A DNA stretch of 64,000 bases from an uncultured Alphaproteobacteria bacterium (GTDB taxonomy: Bacteria > Pseudomonadota > Alphaproteobacteria > CBDUZE01). Positions 37,856 to 53,854 of this stretch are shown here, in pieces. The position numbers and the translations under genes are program-made. Numbering within the stretch: position 1 is the first letter of the stretch; each line of letters starts with the position of its first letter. The DNA lies in assembly GCA_965371625.1 (NCBI GenBank), contig CBDUZE010000001.1:71320-135319 (forward strand), given 5' to 3'. The notes under the pieces are model-generated. The model was not told the DNA's origin. It worked only from the letters and a program-made list of their open reading frames with translations, and searched no databases.

Positions 37856-38170
37856 TTATCTGGGATTTCCCAGTTGACTCCTCCCAAGCACCAGCCGCAG
37901 GCCGCCGATCGGCCGCAGGATCTCCACGAACAACGGCCGTGGAAACGCGATCTCGGCGAGCTGGAACGTGAGGTACCGACCGTGCCGAACCACCTTGGCG
38001 CCGATTTTGATCAGCTTTTCGCACATCGTGGTCATCGACCAATGCTCGATCTCATCGGGTAGCGCCAGGGTCCTGAGGAAGTTGCCCAATCTGGGCCTTC
38101 ATCAAGTTGACGCGGTCGGCGACGACGTTCGCCGGGTCGTCGGCGGTGCCGCCCGGAAGGGCAGTCCAGA
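37856..38170 (-). pseudogene. DDE transposase C-terminal remnant (IS4/IS5-superfamily-like), frameshifted and 5'-truncated
   Basis: Peptide ...MTTMCEKLIKIGAKVVRHGRYLTFQLAEIAFPRPLFVEILRPI resembles conserved C-termini of IS transposases. An adjacent frame gives ...DPANVVADRVNLMKAQIGQLPQD. Locally lower GC. No intact transposase or inverted repeats seen. Confidence 0.45.
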
Positions 38171-38458
38171 CGGTCAAAACCCCTGCGATAGCAATTGGTT
38201 ATGCTATTTTCTTAAGAGTTAAAATCATTAGGCCTCTCCCTGAGACTCGAAGATCTGATCGGCCCTCGGAAACCCACGGGTATCCGCCAGGCCGCCCCCT
38301 CAGGACCCGCGCACGCCGCCATTTGCGCCCCTTTCCGGCGAGCGCTGCCGGAGAGAGATAGGGCGCACGCGGACTGCCGGCAACGGCGCTCCTTATACGT
38401 CAGCCGAGGCTCACGGGAAATTGATTGTTTTGCGATCGTTGCGCCGCCCCTCGGCCCC

Positions 38459-38505
38459 AGCCACACCGGCGCCACACCGGCGCCACGCCGGCGCCACGCC
38501 AGCGC
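38459..38505. repeat. 11-bp tandem repeat GCCACACCGGC x4 (two variants) upstream of the LOG gene
   Basis: Read directly: ccacaccggc gccacaccggc gccacgccggc gccacgccagc. Confidence 0.6.
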
Positions 38506-38595
38506 CCCAGCCGGCCGCCGAAGAGGCGCTAGGCGCGGCGCCGCGTCGGCCTTATAAGACAGGCTCCGAGGGCGATCGGGACGATTGGCTCCGCC

Positions 38596-39180
38596 ATGGC
38601 AAGGCTCACCTCACTGTGCATCTACTGCGGCTCGCGCAGCGGCAAGGACGAGGTCCACCGCGCCGCCGCCGCCCGGCTCGGCACCTTACTCGGCGAGCGC
38701 GGCGTGCGCATGATCTTCGGCGGCGGGCGCATCGGCCTCATGGGGGTGGCGGCCGACGCGGCCTTGGCCGCGGGCGGCAAGGTGGTGGGCGTGATTCCCG
38801 GACACCTGCATGAGCGCGAGCTCGGCCACCACGGGATCGACGAGCTGGTGGTGGTCGACAGCATGCACGCCCGCAAGGAGAAGATGTTCGACCTCGCCGA
38901 CGCCTTCGCGGTGCTGGCGGGAGGCCTCGGCACCCTCGACGAGGCCATCGAGATCATCACCTGGAAGCAGCTCGGCCTGCACCAGAAGCCGATCGTCCTC
39001 GTCGACTGCAACGGCTATTGGCGCCCCTTCCGCGAGCTCATCGAGAACGCCGTGGCCGGGCACTTCGCCGCCCCCGAGGCGCGCCAGCTGTTCACCGTCG
39101 TGTCCCGTGTCGAGGACATCTTCAAGGTCATCGCGGCGGCCCCCGAGCCGGGCCCAGCGATCGCCAGCGAAGGGCTTTAG
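38596..39180 (+). CDS. LOG-family cytokinin riboside 5'-monophosphate phosphoribohydrolase (TIGR00730)
   Basis: CIYCGSRSG...IFGGGRIGLMG...GGLGTLDE signature of LOG/lysine-decarboxylase-like proteins. Confidence 0.85.
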   Translation: MARLTSLCIYCGSRSGKDEVHRAAAARLGTLLGERGVRMIFGGGRIGLMGVAADAALAAGGKVVGVIPGHLHERELGHHGIDELVVVDSMHARKEKMFDLADAFAVLAGGLGTLDEAIEIITWKQLGLHQKPIVLVDCNGYWRPFRELIENAVAGHFAAPEARQLFTVVSRVEDIFKVIAAAPEPGPAIASEGL

Positions 39181-39286
39181 GCGGTCGCCGCGAAATCCTT
39201 GCGGTCCGGGGCGGTGGTGATACTTTGCCCGCTGCGGGGACGACCATGCCGGCAATGGTAGCAATGGTAGAAGGACGAGGAGCGCC

Positions 39287-40510
39287 ATGGGCAAGATCAG
39301 GGTCGACAACCCGGTGGTCGAGATCGACGGCGACGAGATGGCGCGCATCATCTGGGAGATGATTCGCGGCCGGCTGATCCTGCCCCACCTCGACCTCGAG
39401 CTCGATTACTTCGACCTCGGCATCGAGAGCCGCGACGCCAGCGACGACCAGATCACGGTCGACGCGGCGGAGGCCATAAAGCGCCACGGCGTGGGCATGA
39501 AATGCGCCACCATCACCCCCGACGAGGCACGGGTCGAGGAGTTCGGCCTCAAGCGCATGTATCGCTCGCCCAACGGCACCATCCGCAACATCCTCGGCGG
39601 CACCGTGTTCCGCGAGCCCATCATCTGCCGCAACGTGCCGCGGCTGGTGCCGGGCTGGACCGACCCCATCGTCATCGGCCGTCACGCCTTCGGCGACCAG
39701 TACCGGGCCACCGACTTCGTGGTCCCGGGCAAGGGCAAGCTCACGATTAAGTTCGAGCCCGAGGACGGGGGCGAGATCATCGAGCGCGAGGTCTTCCGCT
39801 TCACCGGCGGCGGGGTCGCGCTGGCCATGTACAACCTCGACGACTCGATCCGCGACTTCGCCCGCGCCTGTCTCAATTTCGGCCTCGAGCGCGGCTGGCC
39901 GGTCTACCTGTCGACCAAGAACACCATCCTCAAGGCCTACGACGGGCGCTTCAAGGACCTCTTCCAGGAGGTCTTCGAGGCCCAGTACCAGGAGCGCTAC
40001 GAGGCCGCCGGGCTGACCTACGAGCACCGCCTGATCGACGACATGGTGGCCGCCGCGCTGAAGTGGAGCGGCAAGTTCGTGTGGGCCTGCAAGAACTACG
40101 ACGGCGACGTGCAGTCGGACACCGTGGCCCAGGGCTTCGGCTCGCTCGGGCTGATGTCCTCGGTGCTGCTGTCGCCCGACGGTCGCACGGTCGAATCGGA
40201 AGCCGCCCACGGCACGGTGACACGCCATTACCGCCTGCACCAGCGGGGCGAGCCCACCTCGACCAACCCGATCGCCTCGATCTTCGCCTGGACCCGGGGC
40301 CTGGCCCACCGCGCCAAGCTCGACGACAACGCCGAGCTGGCGCGCTTCGCCGCGACCCTGGAGCGGGTCTGCGTCGAGACCGTCGAGGCCGGCTACATGA
40401 CCAAGGACCTCGCCATCCTCATCGACCCCGAGCCGGAGTGGCAGACCACCGGCCAGTTCTTCGACAAGATCGAGGAAGGTCTCGAGGCGGCGCTGGCCAG
40501 CGCCGCCTGA
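39287..40510 (+). CDS. icd: NADP-dependent isocitrate dehydrogenase (dimeric type)
   Basis: Full-length match to the eukaryote-like dimeric IDH pattern ([17 protein letters not shown]...NYDGDVQSD...). Confidence 0.9.
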   Translation: MGKIRVDNPVVEIDGDEMARIIWEMIRGRLILPHLDLELDYFDLGIESRDASDDQITVDAAEAIKRHGVGMKCATITPDEARVEEFGLKRMYRSPNGTIRNILGGTVFREPIICRNVPRLVPGWTDPIVIGRHAFGDQYRATDFVVPGKGKLTIKFEPEDGGEIIEREVFRFTGGGVALAMYNLDDSIRDFARACLNFGLERGWPVYLSTKNTILKAYDGRFKDLFQEVFEAQYQERYEAAGLTYEHRLIDDMVAAALKWSGKFVWACKNYDGDVQSDTVAQGFGSLGLMSSVLLSPDGRTVESEAAHGTVTRHYRLHQRGEPTSTNPIASIFAWTRGLAHRAKLDDNAELARFAATLERVCVETVEAGYMTKDLAILIDPEPEWQTTGQFFDKIEEGLEAALASAA

Positions 40511-40535
40511 GGCGGCGGCGCGAGCGCGCCGAACC

Positions 40536-43277
<2,742 letters not shown>

Positions 43278-43468
43278 CCGTAAAACGCCCTAACGCCTTG
43301 AAATTTAGGAATTTCCCGTGACGACCCCGGGTAATGTGGCGAGCATTTCGGGCGCTGTCAAGCGAGCCGCCTCGGACGCACCGGGGGCGCCCCGCCGGGG
43401 CGGAAAAAGAACAGCGCGACGCCTGGGCGCCGCGCCGGGGGGAGACGGGCGAGAACCGGCGGGAGGCT

Positions 43469-44578
<1,110 letters not shown>

Positions 44579-44630
44579 GACCTTTCCTTCCTTATTCCAC
44601 AGCCCGTGGGACGATGCAATCGCCTTCAAT

Positions 44631-44645
44631 GTACACGTTTTGTTC
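44631..44645. promoter_or_regulatory. Putative alphaproteobacterial LexA (SOS) box GTAC-N7-GTTC, 53-67 bp upstream of recA
   Basis: One mismatch to the GTTC-N7-GTTC (GAAC-N7-GAAC) direct-repeat consensus, at a typical distance from recA. Confidence 0.45.
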
Positions 44646-44770
44646 CGTTACGCAAGGGTTTTTTCAAACCCTTGATACAAGGGCGCTTTTAGCGCCATGT
44701 TTCGGCTCTGTTCTAGGCGTGAGGGGGTAGGCGGGCGATTGTATACTTGACTGAATGGCGGCGCCCCGGC

Positions 44771-47287
<2,517 letters not shown>

Positions 47288-47391
47288 GGAAAACCCGCAA
47301 CACCAATAAGTTATGGGCTGAAAGCATATCGATTCGCGCCCTTCGCGCCAGCCAAATCCGCCCTCGCCGCGGTCATCGCTGCCACCGCTAC

Positions 47392-48477
47392 TCAGGCCCC
47401 TGGCCGCGCCGAGCGCAACCCGCCCTTGAGCCGCATGACGTAGCCGATCACCTCGGCCACCGCCTTGTAGTGCTCGACCGGAATCTCCTGGTCGACCTCG
47501 GCGCTGTCGTGAAGCGCGCGCGCCAGCGGCGGGTTCTCCACCACCGGCACGTCGTGCTCTTCCGCGATCTCGCGGATCTTGATCGCGACCAGGTCGCGGC
47601 CCTTGGCCACCACGCGGGGCGCCGCCATGAGCTCGGCCTTGTACTGGAGCGCGACCGCGAAATGGGTCGGGTTGGTGACCACCACGTCGGCCTCGGGCAC
47701 CGCCTTCATTATGATCTGGCGCAAGCGGGTGACGCGGATCCGGTGCAACCGCTTCTTGATCTCGGGGTCGCCGTCCTGCTGCTTGCGTTCGTCCTTGACC
47801 TCCTGCTTGGTCATGCGCAGCTGCTTTTGGTGGTCGTAACGCTGGTAGGCAAAATCGGCGAGTGCCATCATCGCCAGGATCGCCAGCACCGTGAGCAACA
47901 CCTTGAGGATCATGAACCGCGCCAACGGCAAGAGATCGAGAATGTTGGCCCCGACCAGGTCCAAGAGGCGCGCGCGCTCGGGCCACAGCAGCACCACCAC
48001 CGCGCTGCCCAGGATCGAGAGCTTGGCCAGGTCCTTGCCGAACTCGGTCAGGGTGTTGAGCGAGAACTTCTTCTTCACGCCGCTGATGGGGTTGAAGCCG
48101 CCGAACTTCGGCTTGAGCTTCTGGATCGCCCACACCCAGCCGTGCTGGATGACGTTGCTGGCCACCGCGGCGGCGATGAGAACCGCCATCGGCGCGGCGA
48201 ACGCGAAGCCCAGCGATTCCACCAGACCCAAGGCCAGGGCCTGCACGCTCGCCGGGTCGAGCGCGATCTCGTGGACCGAGGACAGGTGCGCGGCGAGACG
48301 GGAGCGGAGTGCGCCCGCCACGTAGTCGCCGAAGACCATGATGATCAGCGCCGTGGCCGCCAGCATCGACCAGTGGTTGACCTCCTGACTGGTGATCACC
48401 TGGCCGCGGTCGGCCGCCTCGCTGATTCGCTTGTCGGTGGGATCCTCGGTTTTTTGATCTTTATCGATTTCGGCCAT
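47392..48477 (-). CDS. flhB: Flagellar biosynthesis protein FlhB
   Basis: Type III export apparatus pattern with NPTH autocleavage motif (VVTNPTHFAVAL). Confidence 0.85.
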   Translation of the reverse strand: MAEIDKDQKTEDPTDKRISEAADRGQVITSQEVNHWSMLAATALIIMVFGDYVAGALRSRLAAHLSSVHEIALDPASVQALALGLVESLGFAFAAPMAVLIAAAVASNVIQHGWVWAIQKLKPKFGGFNPISGVKKKFSLNTLTEFGKDLAKLSILGSAVVVLLWPERARLLDLVGANILDLLPLARFMILKVLLTVLAILAMMALADFAYQRYDHQKQLRMTKQEVKDERKQQDGDPEIKKRLHRIRVTRLRQIIMKAVPEADVVVTNPTHFAVALQYKAELMAAPRVVAKGRDLVAIKIREIAEEHDVPVVENPPLARALHDSAEVDQEIPVEHYKAVAEVIGYVMRLKGGLRSARPGA

Positions 48478-48480
48478 GGC

Positions 48481-49245
48481 TCACGTCGCCGCCAGGAGCT
48501 GCGTCATCGAGCTCTCGAAGTAGCTCAGGAACCAGAGCATGATCGCCGGCAGCACGATCGCCAGGATCGTGAGCGAGAGCAGGATCTGCAGTGGCATGAC
48601 CACGAAGAACAAGGGAATTCGCGGCATCAGCCTGCCGAGCAGGCCGAGGCAGGTATAGAACACCAGGCCGTAGACCACGAACGGGGCGGCGATCCGCACC
48701 CCCAATGTGAAGGCGCCGACCACGATCTTCACCAACAGCTCGGCGAAGTCGCCGACCGGCGGGAAGCTGCCGGCGGGAAACAGGACATAGGAGTCGATCA
48801 GCGCCTTCAAGAGCAGGTAGTGAAGCCCGGTGGCGAAGATCAACACCACGCCCAAGAGGCCCAAGAGGCTCGAGATGACCGCCCCCTGGCTCTGGGCCGC
48901 GGGATCCACGGTCTGGGCGAAGCCCAGGCTGCTCTGAAAGGAGATCACGGTTCCCGCCACGTGCAGCGCGCTCATCACCACCCGCGCGCTGCCGCCCAGG
49001 AAGGCGCCGATCACCACCTCCATGAGGATGAGGCCGAAGAGCCCGGCCAGGGTCGCCGGCATGCCGGGCAGAGCGGGGCCGATGAGCGGGAACACCGCCA
49101 GCGCCACCGCGAGGGTGAGACTGATGCGGACGCGTGGCGTCACCACCGCCTCGCCGAACCCGGGCAACAGCATCATGGCGCCGCCGAGCCGCGCGAAGAG
49201 CAGAAAGAAGGCGAACAGGTTGGTGCTCAGAATCTCGTCGAGCAC
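48481..49245 (-). CDS. fliR: Flagellar biosynthesis protein FliR
   Basis: Polytopic membrane protein of FliR size, between fliQ and flhB. Confidence 0.85.
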   Translation of the reverse strand: MLDEILSTNLFAFFLLFARLGGAMMLLPGFGEAVVTPRVRISLTLAVALAVFPLIGPALPGMPATLAGLFGLILMEVVIGAFLGGSARVVMSALHVAGTVISFQSSLGFAQTVDPAAQSQGAVISSLLGLLGVVLIFATGLHYLLLKALIDSYVLFPAGSFPPVGDFAELLVKIVVGAFTLGVRIAAPFVVYGLVFYTCLGLLGRLMPRIPLFFVVMPLQILLSLTILAIVLPAIMLWFLSYFESSMTQLLAAT

Positions 49246-49250
49246 GGGGA

Positions 49251-49517
49251 TCAGGACACGCCTATGATGCGCTGGGCGATCTGATTCATGAAGGCGGTGA
49301 GGGTGTTGATCATGAACGGCAGAAAGACGATCAGCGAGACGAAGATGGCCAGGATCTTGGGCACGAAGGTGAGGGTCATCTCCTGGAGCTGGGTGATCGA
49401 TTGGAACACCGAGACCAAGAGACCCACGCCCAGGCCGACCATCATGATCGGCCCCGAGACCTTGATCAGGACGAAGACCGCGTCGCGTCCGACGTCGATG
49501 ATCTCGGTCGGGCCCAT
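49251..49517 (-). CDS. fliQ: Flagellar biosynthesis protein FliQ
   Basis: 88-aa two-TM protein with FliQ pattern. Confidence 0.85.
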   Translation of the reverse strand: MGPTEIIDVGRDAVFVLIKVSGPIMMVGLGVGLLVSVFQSITQLQEMTLTFVPKILAIFVSLIVFLPFMINTLTAFMNQIAQRIIGVS

Positions 49518-49528
49518 GGCTTGGCGCC

Positions 49529-49846
49529 CTAGCCCGACATACGGATGATTTCCAGGTAGGCCTGCACGACCTTGTCCTTGAGCGCCACCACCGTCTGCAG
49601 GGTGACCTCGGCGTTGCTCACGGCGGTGACGATCGAGACCAGTTCGGCCTCGCCGGTGAGGCTTTTGAGGCTCGCCTGCTCGCCCTTTTCGACCGCCGCC
49701 ACCGCGCCCTCGGCGACCCGGCTCAAGACCTCGGCGAAACTGGTGCCGGGCCGGTCCGGCTCGGGCAGCGCGCTGGCGCCGAGCCCGCTGGCGCGATTGA
49801 GCGATTCGATGTAGGCGGTGGCGGCGTTGGCCGACTTGACGTCCAT
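49529..49846 (-). CDS. fliE: Flagellar hook-basal body protein FliE
   Basis: 105 aa with conserved FliE C-terminus (LQTVVALKDKVVQAYLEIIRM). Confidence 0.8.
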   Translation of the reverse strand: MDVKSANAATAYIESLNRASGLGASALPEPDRPGTSFAEVLSRVAEGAVAAVEKGEQASLKSLTGEAELVSIVTAVSNAEVTLQTVVALKDKVVQAYLEIIRMSG

Positions 49847-49886
49847 CTTTCTCTCCGTTCTCTCCCCTGGCGCCGGGCGCGGGGGG

Positions 49887-50297
49887 TCAGGCCTGCAGCA
49901 CCTCGAGAGTGCGCATCAACATGTCGCGCGCCGCCTCGATGACCTTGAGGTTGGCCTCGTAGCTGCGCTGCGCCTCGCGCATGTCCATCATCTCGATGAG
50001 CCCGTTGACGTTGGGCAGGCTCACGTAGCCGTCGGCGTTGGCGGCCGGGTGGCCGGGATCGAACTTGAGCGGGAACTCGGAGCTGTCCTTGCCGATCTTG
50101 CGCACGCGCACCGTCTCGACCCCGAGCTCGCGGTCGAGCACGTTGGTGAAGGTCACGACCTTGCGGCGGTAGGGCTCGCCCTCGGAGTTGCGCGCCAGCG
50201 AGCTCGCGTTCGCCAGGTTCTCCGAAATCACCCGGATGCGCTGCTCCTGGGCACGCATCCCGGCGGCGGAGATCATCATCGCCTTGAGGAGTTCCAT
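49887..50297 (-). CDS. flgC: Flagellar basal-body rod protein FlgC
   Basis: ISENLANASS rod-protein N-terminal motif. 136 aa. Confidence 0.85.
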   Translation of the reverse strand: MELLKAMMISAAGMRAQEQRIRVISENLANASSLARNSEGEPYRRKVVTFTNVLDRELGVETVRVRKIGKDSSEFPLKFDPGHPAANADGYVSLPNVNGLIEMMDMREAQRSYEANLKVIEAARDMLMRTLEVLQA

Positions 50298-50310
50298 TGC
50301 CGTCCCCCGC

Positions 50311-50718
50311 TCAGCGGCCCCTGCCGCCGAGCGCCGCGCGCAATAGCGCCACGTGCTTGCGGTAGAGGTTCACGGCCAGGTCGTATTCCATGCGGTTGCG
50401 GCCGATCTTCATCATCTCTGCCTCGAGGTTGACCGCGTTGCCGGTGGGCGAGGTCTCGAGGGTGCGCTGGCGTATGGTCGGGCTCGCTCCGCCCATCGCC
50501 TCGGTGGCCTGCAGATGACCGGGCTTGGTGGTCACCAGGGTCAACTTCGCCGCCGCGGCGCGCGCCAGCCTGTCGAAGTCGAGGGGCTTGAGGTCGCGCG
50601 GGGTGTAATTCGGGGTGTTGGCGTTGGCGATGTTCTGCGCCAACACCGACTGACGCTGGTTGAGCCAAGCCATGCGCTTGACCAGCATCGACATCAAGGG
50701 AATCGAGTTCAGGTCCAT
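50311..50718 (-). CDS. flgB: Flagellar basal-body rod protein FlgB
   Basis: LAQNIANANTPNY rod motif. Start trimmed to MDLNSIPLMS within ORF 50311..50775. Confidence 0.8.
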   Translation of the reverse strand: MDLNSIPLMSMLVKRMAWLNQRQSVLAQNIANANTPNYTPRDLKPLDFDRLARAAAAKLTLVTTKPGHLQATEAMGGASPTIRQRTLETSPTGNAVNLEAEMMKIGRNRMEYDLAVNLYRKHVALLRAALGGRGR

Positions 50719-51185
50719 GGTCGTCCGGGGCGCCATCCGGGGAGCGCGCGCGAGCCCGCTCCGGCGCAGCCGCATTCTCGCCGCCGCCGCTTAACAAAGG
50801 GTTAAGGGCGCGGCTCGCGGGCGGGGCCGGTAATGGCTCCGCCCCAGGACCGTGCCCACCATGAGACGCGGATAGGTAGTGCGCGCTGGAGCTCGGAGCC
50901 GGTCGGCCAAGGCGGTTTCATGCACCCGTCGCCGGCGCGCCGGAGGAACAAGGCGGGAAAGCCCGGTTTGGAGGGGGGAATGCCGCGCGCCGAGTTCGGC
51001 AACCGCCACCTGCCCCGAGGTCCCGAGCAAGGCTGGGTCCCCGCGGCGTTGCGGCGCGAGCTCAGCGAGAGGGAACACCCGGTCTATATCGCGCGGCCGG
51101 ACCCCAAGCGCTTCGCGCTGCGCCCAAGCGTTTGGCACTGCGATAGTTCTGGCCGACGTTCATCGGCGGCCTCTCGTGGATCGGG

Positions 51186-51614
51186 ATGCTCCTTTACGTC
51201 ACCCCGGACTCGATCCCGGAAGAGGCCGCGTTGCCGTCGATCATGGTGCTCGCTTTGTTCTACCTCCTCGGTCTCGGCGCGCTGGCCAGCCCCTTGTGGC
51301 TCTACCAGCGCGGACTGCGGACCCTCTACGTCGTCACCAATAGGCGTCTGTTGGTCCTGAACGGATGGCTCCGGCCGTCGGTCGTGGATTACGACCCGTC
51401 GGACCTCAACACCATCGAGCGAAAGGAGCGCCAGGACGGCAGCCGCACGGTCTACTTCCAGCGCCAACGAGGGGCGAGCGGAGCGCTCGAAAAAAGGGGC
51501 TTCCTGTTCGTCCCCGACGCCGCGGAGGCCGAACACCATATCGTGAGTCTCAAGCGAGGCGATTGGCTCGGGACCGGAAGGCGTTTCGACCCTTCCCTCT
51601 TTCCCACCCGCTGA
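51186..51614 (+). CDS. Hypothetical membrane protein (bacterial PH-like domain?)
   Basis: ORF with an N-terminal hydrophobic pair and YVVTNRRLLV-type motif. Weak. Confidence 0.4.
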   Translation: MLLYVTPDSIPEEAALPSIMVLALFYLLGLGALASPLWLYQRGLRTLYVVTNRRLLVLNGWLRPSVVDYDPSDLNTIERKERQDGSRTVYFQRQRGASGALEKRGFLFVPDAAEAEHHIVSLKRGDWLGTGRRFDPSLFPTR

Positions 51615-51736
51615 TCCGATCGGCGCCCGGCCGCGCCCTCCTATCCCCGCGCCCGCCCATCCTCGAAGCCGCCGCTTGTCCCGGCGCTGCCGGCATGGTC
51701 CCCTGGCGCCCGACCTATCTCGAGCGCGAGCGAACC

Positions 51737-52339
51737 ATGACCTGGATCCACACCATCCCCTATGGCGAAGCGCGCGGGCGGCTCAAACGGCTCTACGACC
51801 GCATCAAGGGGCCGGACGACGACATCGACAACATCATGATCGCCCATAGCTTGAGACCGCCCACCCTCGAGGGCCACATGGCGCTCTACAAGAACGTGCT
51901 CCACCACTCGGGCAACCGGCTCCCGAAGTGGCTCTCGGAGGCGCTCGGGCTCTACGTCAGTCTGCTCAACGGCTGCGCCTACTGCGTCGCCCACCATGGC
52001 GAGGGGCTGCGCCGGCGTTTGGGCGACGATACCCGCGCCCGAACCATAGTGAGCGCGCTCGAGGCGGGCGCGCCCGAGCAAGCCTTCGCCGGCGCCGAGC
52101 TCGCGCTCATGGCTTACGCCCGGGCCCTCACCGAGGCGCCGGCGGCGCTCACCGAGGCGGCGGTGGCGGGGTTGCGCGCCGCCGGCCTCGACGACGGCGA
52201 GATCCTCGAGGCCAACCAGGTGATCGCCTACTTCGCCTATGCCAACCGCACCGTCCAGGGTCTCGGCGTGAGCACCGAGGGCGACCTGCTCGGCCTCTCG
52301 CCGAGCGGCGCCGAGGGCGACGACTGGGGACACGGCTGA
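51737..52339 (+). CDS. Carboxymuconolactone decarboxylase-family / AhpD-like peroxidase-related protein
   Basis: CAYCVAHH motif (CxxC...H of the AhpD core). Internal Met of ORF 51365..52339. Confidence 0.7.
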   Translation: MTWIHTIPYGEARGRLKRLYDRIKGPDDDIDNIMIAHSLRPPTLEGHMALYKNVLHHSGNRLPKWLSEALGLYVSLLNGCAYCVAHHGEGLRRRLGDDTRARTIVSALEAGAPEQAFAGAELALMAYARALTEAPAALTEAAVAGLRAAGLDDGEILEANQVIAYFAYANRTVQGLGVSTEGDLLGLSPSGAEGDDWGHG

Positions 52340-52555
52340 AGCGAGGAGGCCTGCGAGGCGTTCCCGGCCCGGCCCGGCGCCCTTAGCGCGATTCACGTTT
52401 GTCGGGGATCGCTCTAGGCCGCGCCAGTGGGGACCCTCGGGCCCGCCGGCCCTCCGGCGCGCCCGCCCCGACGTGTGCCCCCTTGGCGCGGACCTTCAGG
52501 TCCGCTGCCGTGAGCGAAAAAGACCGAGAGCGGGTCCCATCAATTGGGACCTGCT

Positions 52556-53020
52556 CTAGCCCGTGAACTCGATCTTGCCCTCGGGCAGCATGTAGAGCAC
52601 CAGGGCCTCGCCACCGGTCACCGTGGGGCGGTGTGCGGAGCCCGCCTCGTAGACCTTCCAGCCGGCGCCCTGGCCGTCGAACGCCGCGCCCTCGGTGAGC
52701 GGCATGATCATGCAGACCTCGCCCGTGGGGTGACGGTGGTGGGGGCCGACAATGTCCTCGAGGTCGACCACGTCGACGCTGAGCCCGGCGCTCTTAGGCC
52801 CGGCCTCGATGACGCGGCCGAAGCGCCGCCCGGCGGCGCCCTCGCGGCACATCCAGCCGGCGGCGATGGCCTCGTGACAGGCCGCCTCGATGGCCCGGAA
52901 GGCCTCGCCGCCGGGCGGAAAGCGGCGCTCGAGCTCGGCCGCCAGGCGCTGATCGATGGCCGTCCCGGCAATCGCCTCGGTCAGCGGCGCGATCAACTCG
53001 CGAAAACGCTCGACATCCAT
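52556..53020 (-). CDS. Hypothetical protein (154 aa, possible small beta-barrel/cupin-like)
   Basis: Host-like composition, isolated on minus strand. No firm family call. Confidence 0.45.
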   Translation of the reverse strand: MDVERFRELIAPLTEAIAGTAIDQRLAAELERRFPPGGEAFRAIEAACHEAIAAGWMCREGAAGRRFGRVIEAGPKSAGLSVDVVDLEDIVGPHHRHPTGEVCMIMPLTEGAAFDGQGAGWKVYEAGSAHRPTVTGGEALVLYMLPEGKIEFTG

Positions 53021-53159
53021 TATTCCCTCCTGACCTTGGTCGGCAAGTGTACGCCAGGCGGGCGCCGCCCCGCACTTAAAGCTTTATTAAGCATGATGGT
53101 AGGACAATGCCTCGCCGGGACGGGCCCTGCCGCCCGCCCGGAGAACCCGGGCGCCGCCG

Positions 53160-53471
53160 ATGGTCAAGACCCCTTCCTACGCCGAGTACAAGGAGCGCAA
53201 GGCCGCGGCCCTGTCCTACGACCGCGCGCGCGGCGACCTGCCCCGGGTCACCGCCGTGGGCACCGGCGAGCTCGCCGAGGAGATCGTCGCCCTGGCGCTG
53301 GCGCACGGCGTCAAGGTGCGCGAGGACGCCGACCTCGCCGAGGTGCTGACGGCGCTCGACATCGACAGCCCGATCCCGCCCGAGACCTTCGCCACGGTGG
53401 CGCGGATCCTGGCCTACGTCTACCTCGCCAACGGCAACACCGTAGCGCCCGTGGCGCCGGTGGGGCCATGA
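53160..53471 (+). CDS. Standalone FlhB C-terminal-domain-like protein (EscU/YscU/HrcU family)
   Basis: PRVTAVGTGELAEEIVALALAHGVKVREDADLAEVL...IPPETFATVARILAYV parallels the FlhB C-terminal domain encoded in this window (PRVVAKGRDLVAIKIREIAEEHDVPVVENPPLARAL...IPVEHYKAVAEVIGYV) but lacks the NPTH site. Confidence 0.7.
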   Translation: MVKTPSYAEYKERKAAALSYDRARGDLPRVTAVGTGELAEEIVALALAHGVKVREDADLAEVLTALDIDSPIPPETFATVARILAYVYLANGNTVAPVAPVGP

Positions 53472-53785
53472 GCACTCCCTTCGACCCCGTGGCCGAGCTC
53501 GGGCGGCTGAGGCAGGCGCTGGCGCGGACCCGGCGCGAGACCGGGAGCGGCGACGCCATGGACCTCTCGGGCCTCGAGCAGCGCCTCGACCGGGTGTGTC
53601 GCGAGGTCGGCGCCTGGACCCGGTCGCGCCCCGGCAGGGACCAAGGCGTGAGCGTGGCGCGGGAGATGCGCGGCTTCCTGGACGACCTGGAGTCGCTGGC
53701 CGCCGAGCTCGAGGACCGCCACGGCGAGCTCGAGCGCCGCCTCGAGGCGCTGGGCGCCGAGCCGGGCACACGGCAACAAGGGTAA
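53468..53785 (+). CDS. Hypothetical small protein (105 aa) translationally coupled to the FlhB-C-like gene
   Basis: ATGA overlap with the upstream gene. Coiled-coil-like. Sits within the flagellar export operon. Confidence 0.45.
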   Translation: MSTPFDPVAELGRLRQALARTRRETGSGDAMDLSGLEQRLDRVCREVGAWTRSRPGRDQGVSVAREMRGFLDDLESLAAELEDRHGELERRLEALGAEPGTRQQG

Positions 53786-53854
53786 GGCGCCGGCCCCGGA
53801 CGCGGCGCGCCCGAGCCGACCCGGTTCGCCGGGAACCAGCGCCAGGAACATTGA

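Noticed and set aside
47288-48133. 5' 280 codons of ORF 44771..48133
   Set aside because: Overlaps flhB in another frame and translates to RG-rich low-complexity sequence. Kinase start reassigned to the Met preceding the TM helices.
47470-49284. 604-aa +strand ORF
   Set aside because: Antisense to flhB/fliR.
50776-51185. Search for sigma-54 (TGGCAC-N5-TTGC) class II flagellar promoter upstream of flgB
   Set aside because: Only a partial GGGCAC-N5-TGGG match found; not convincing.
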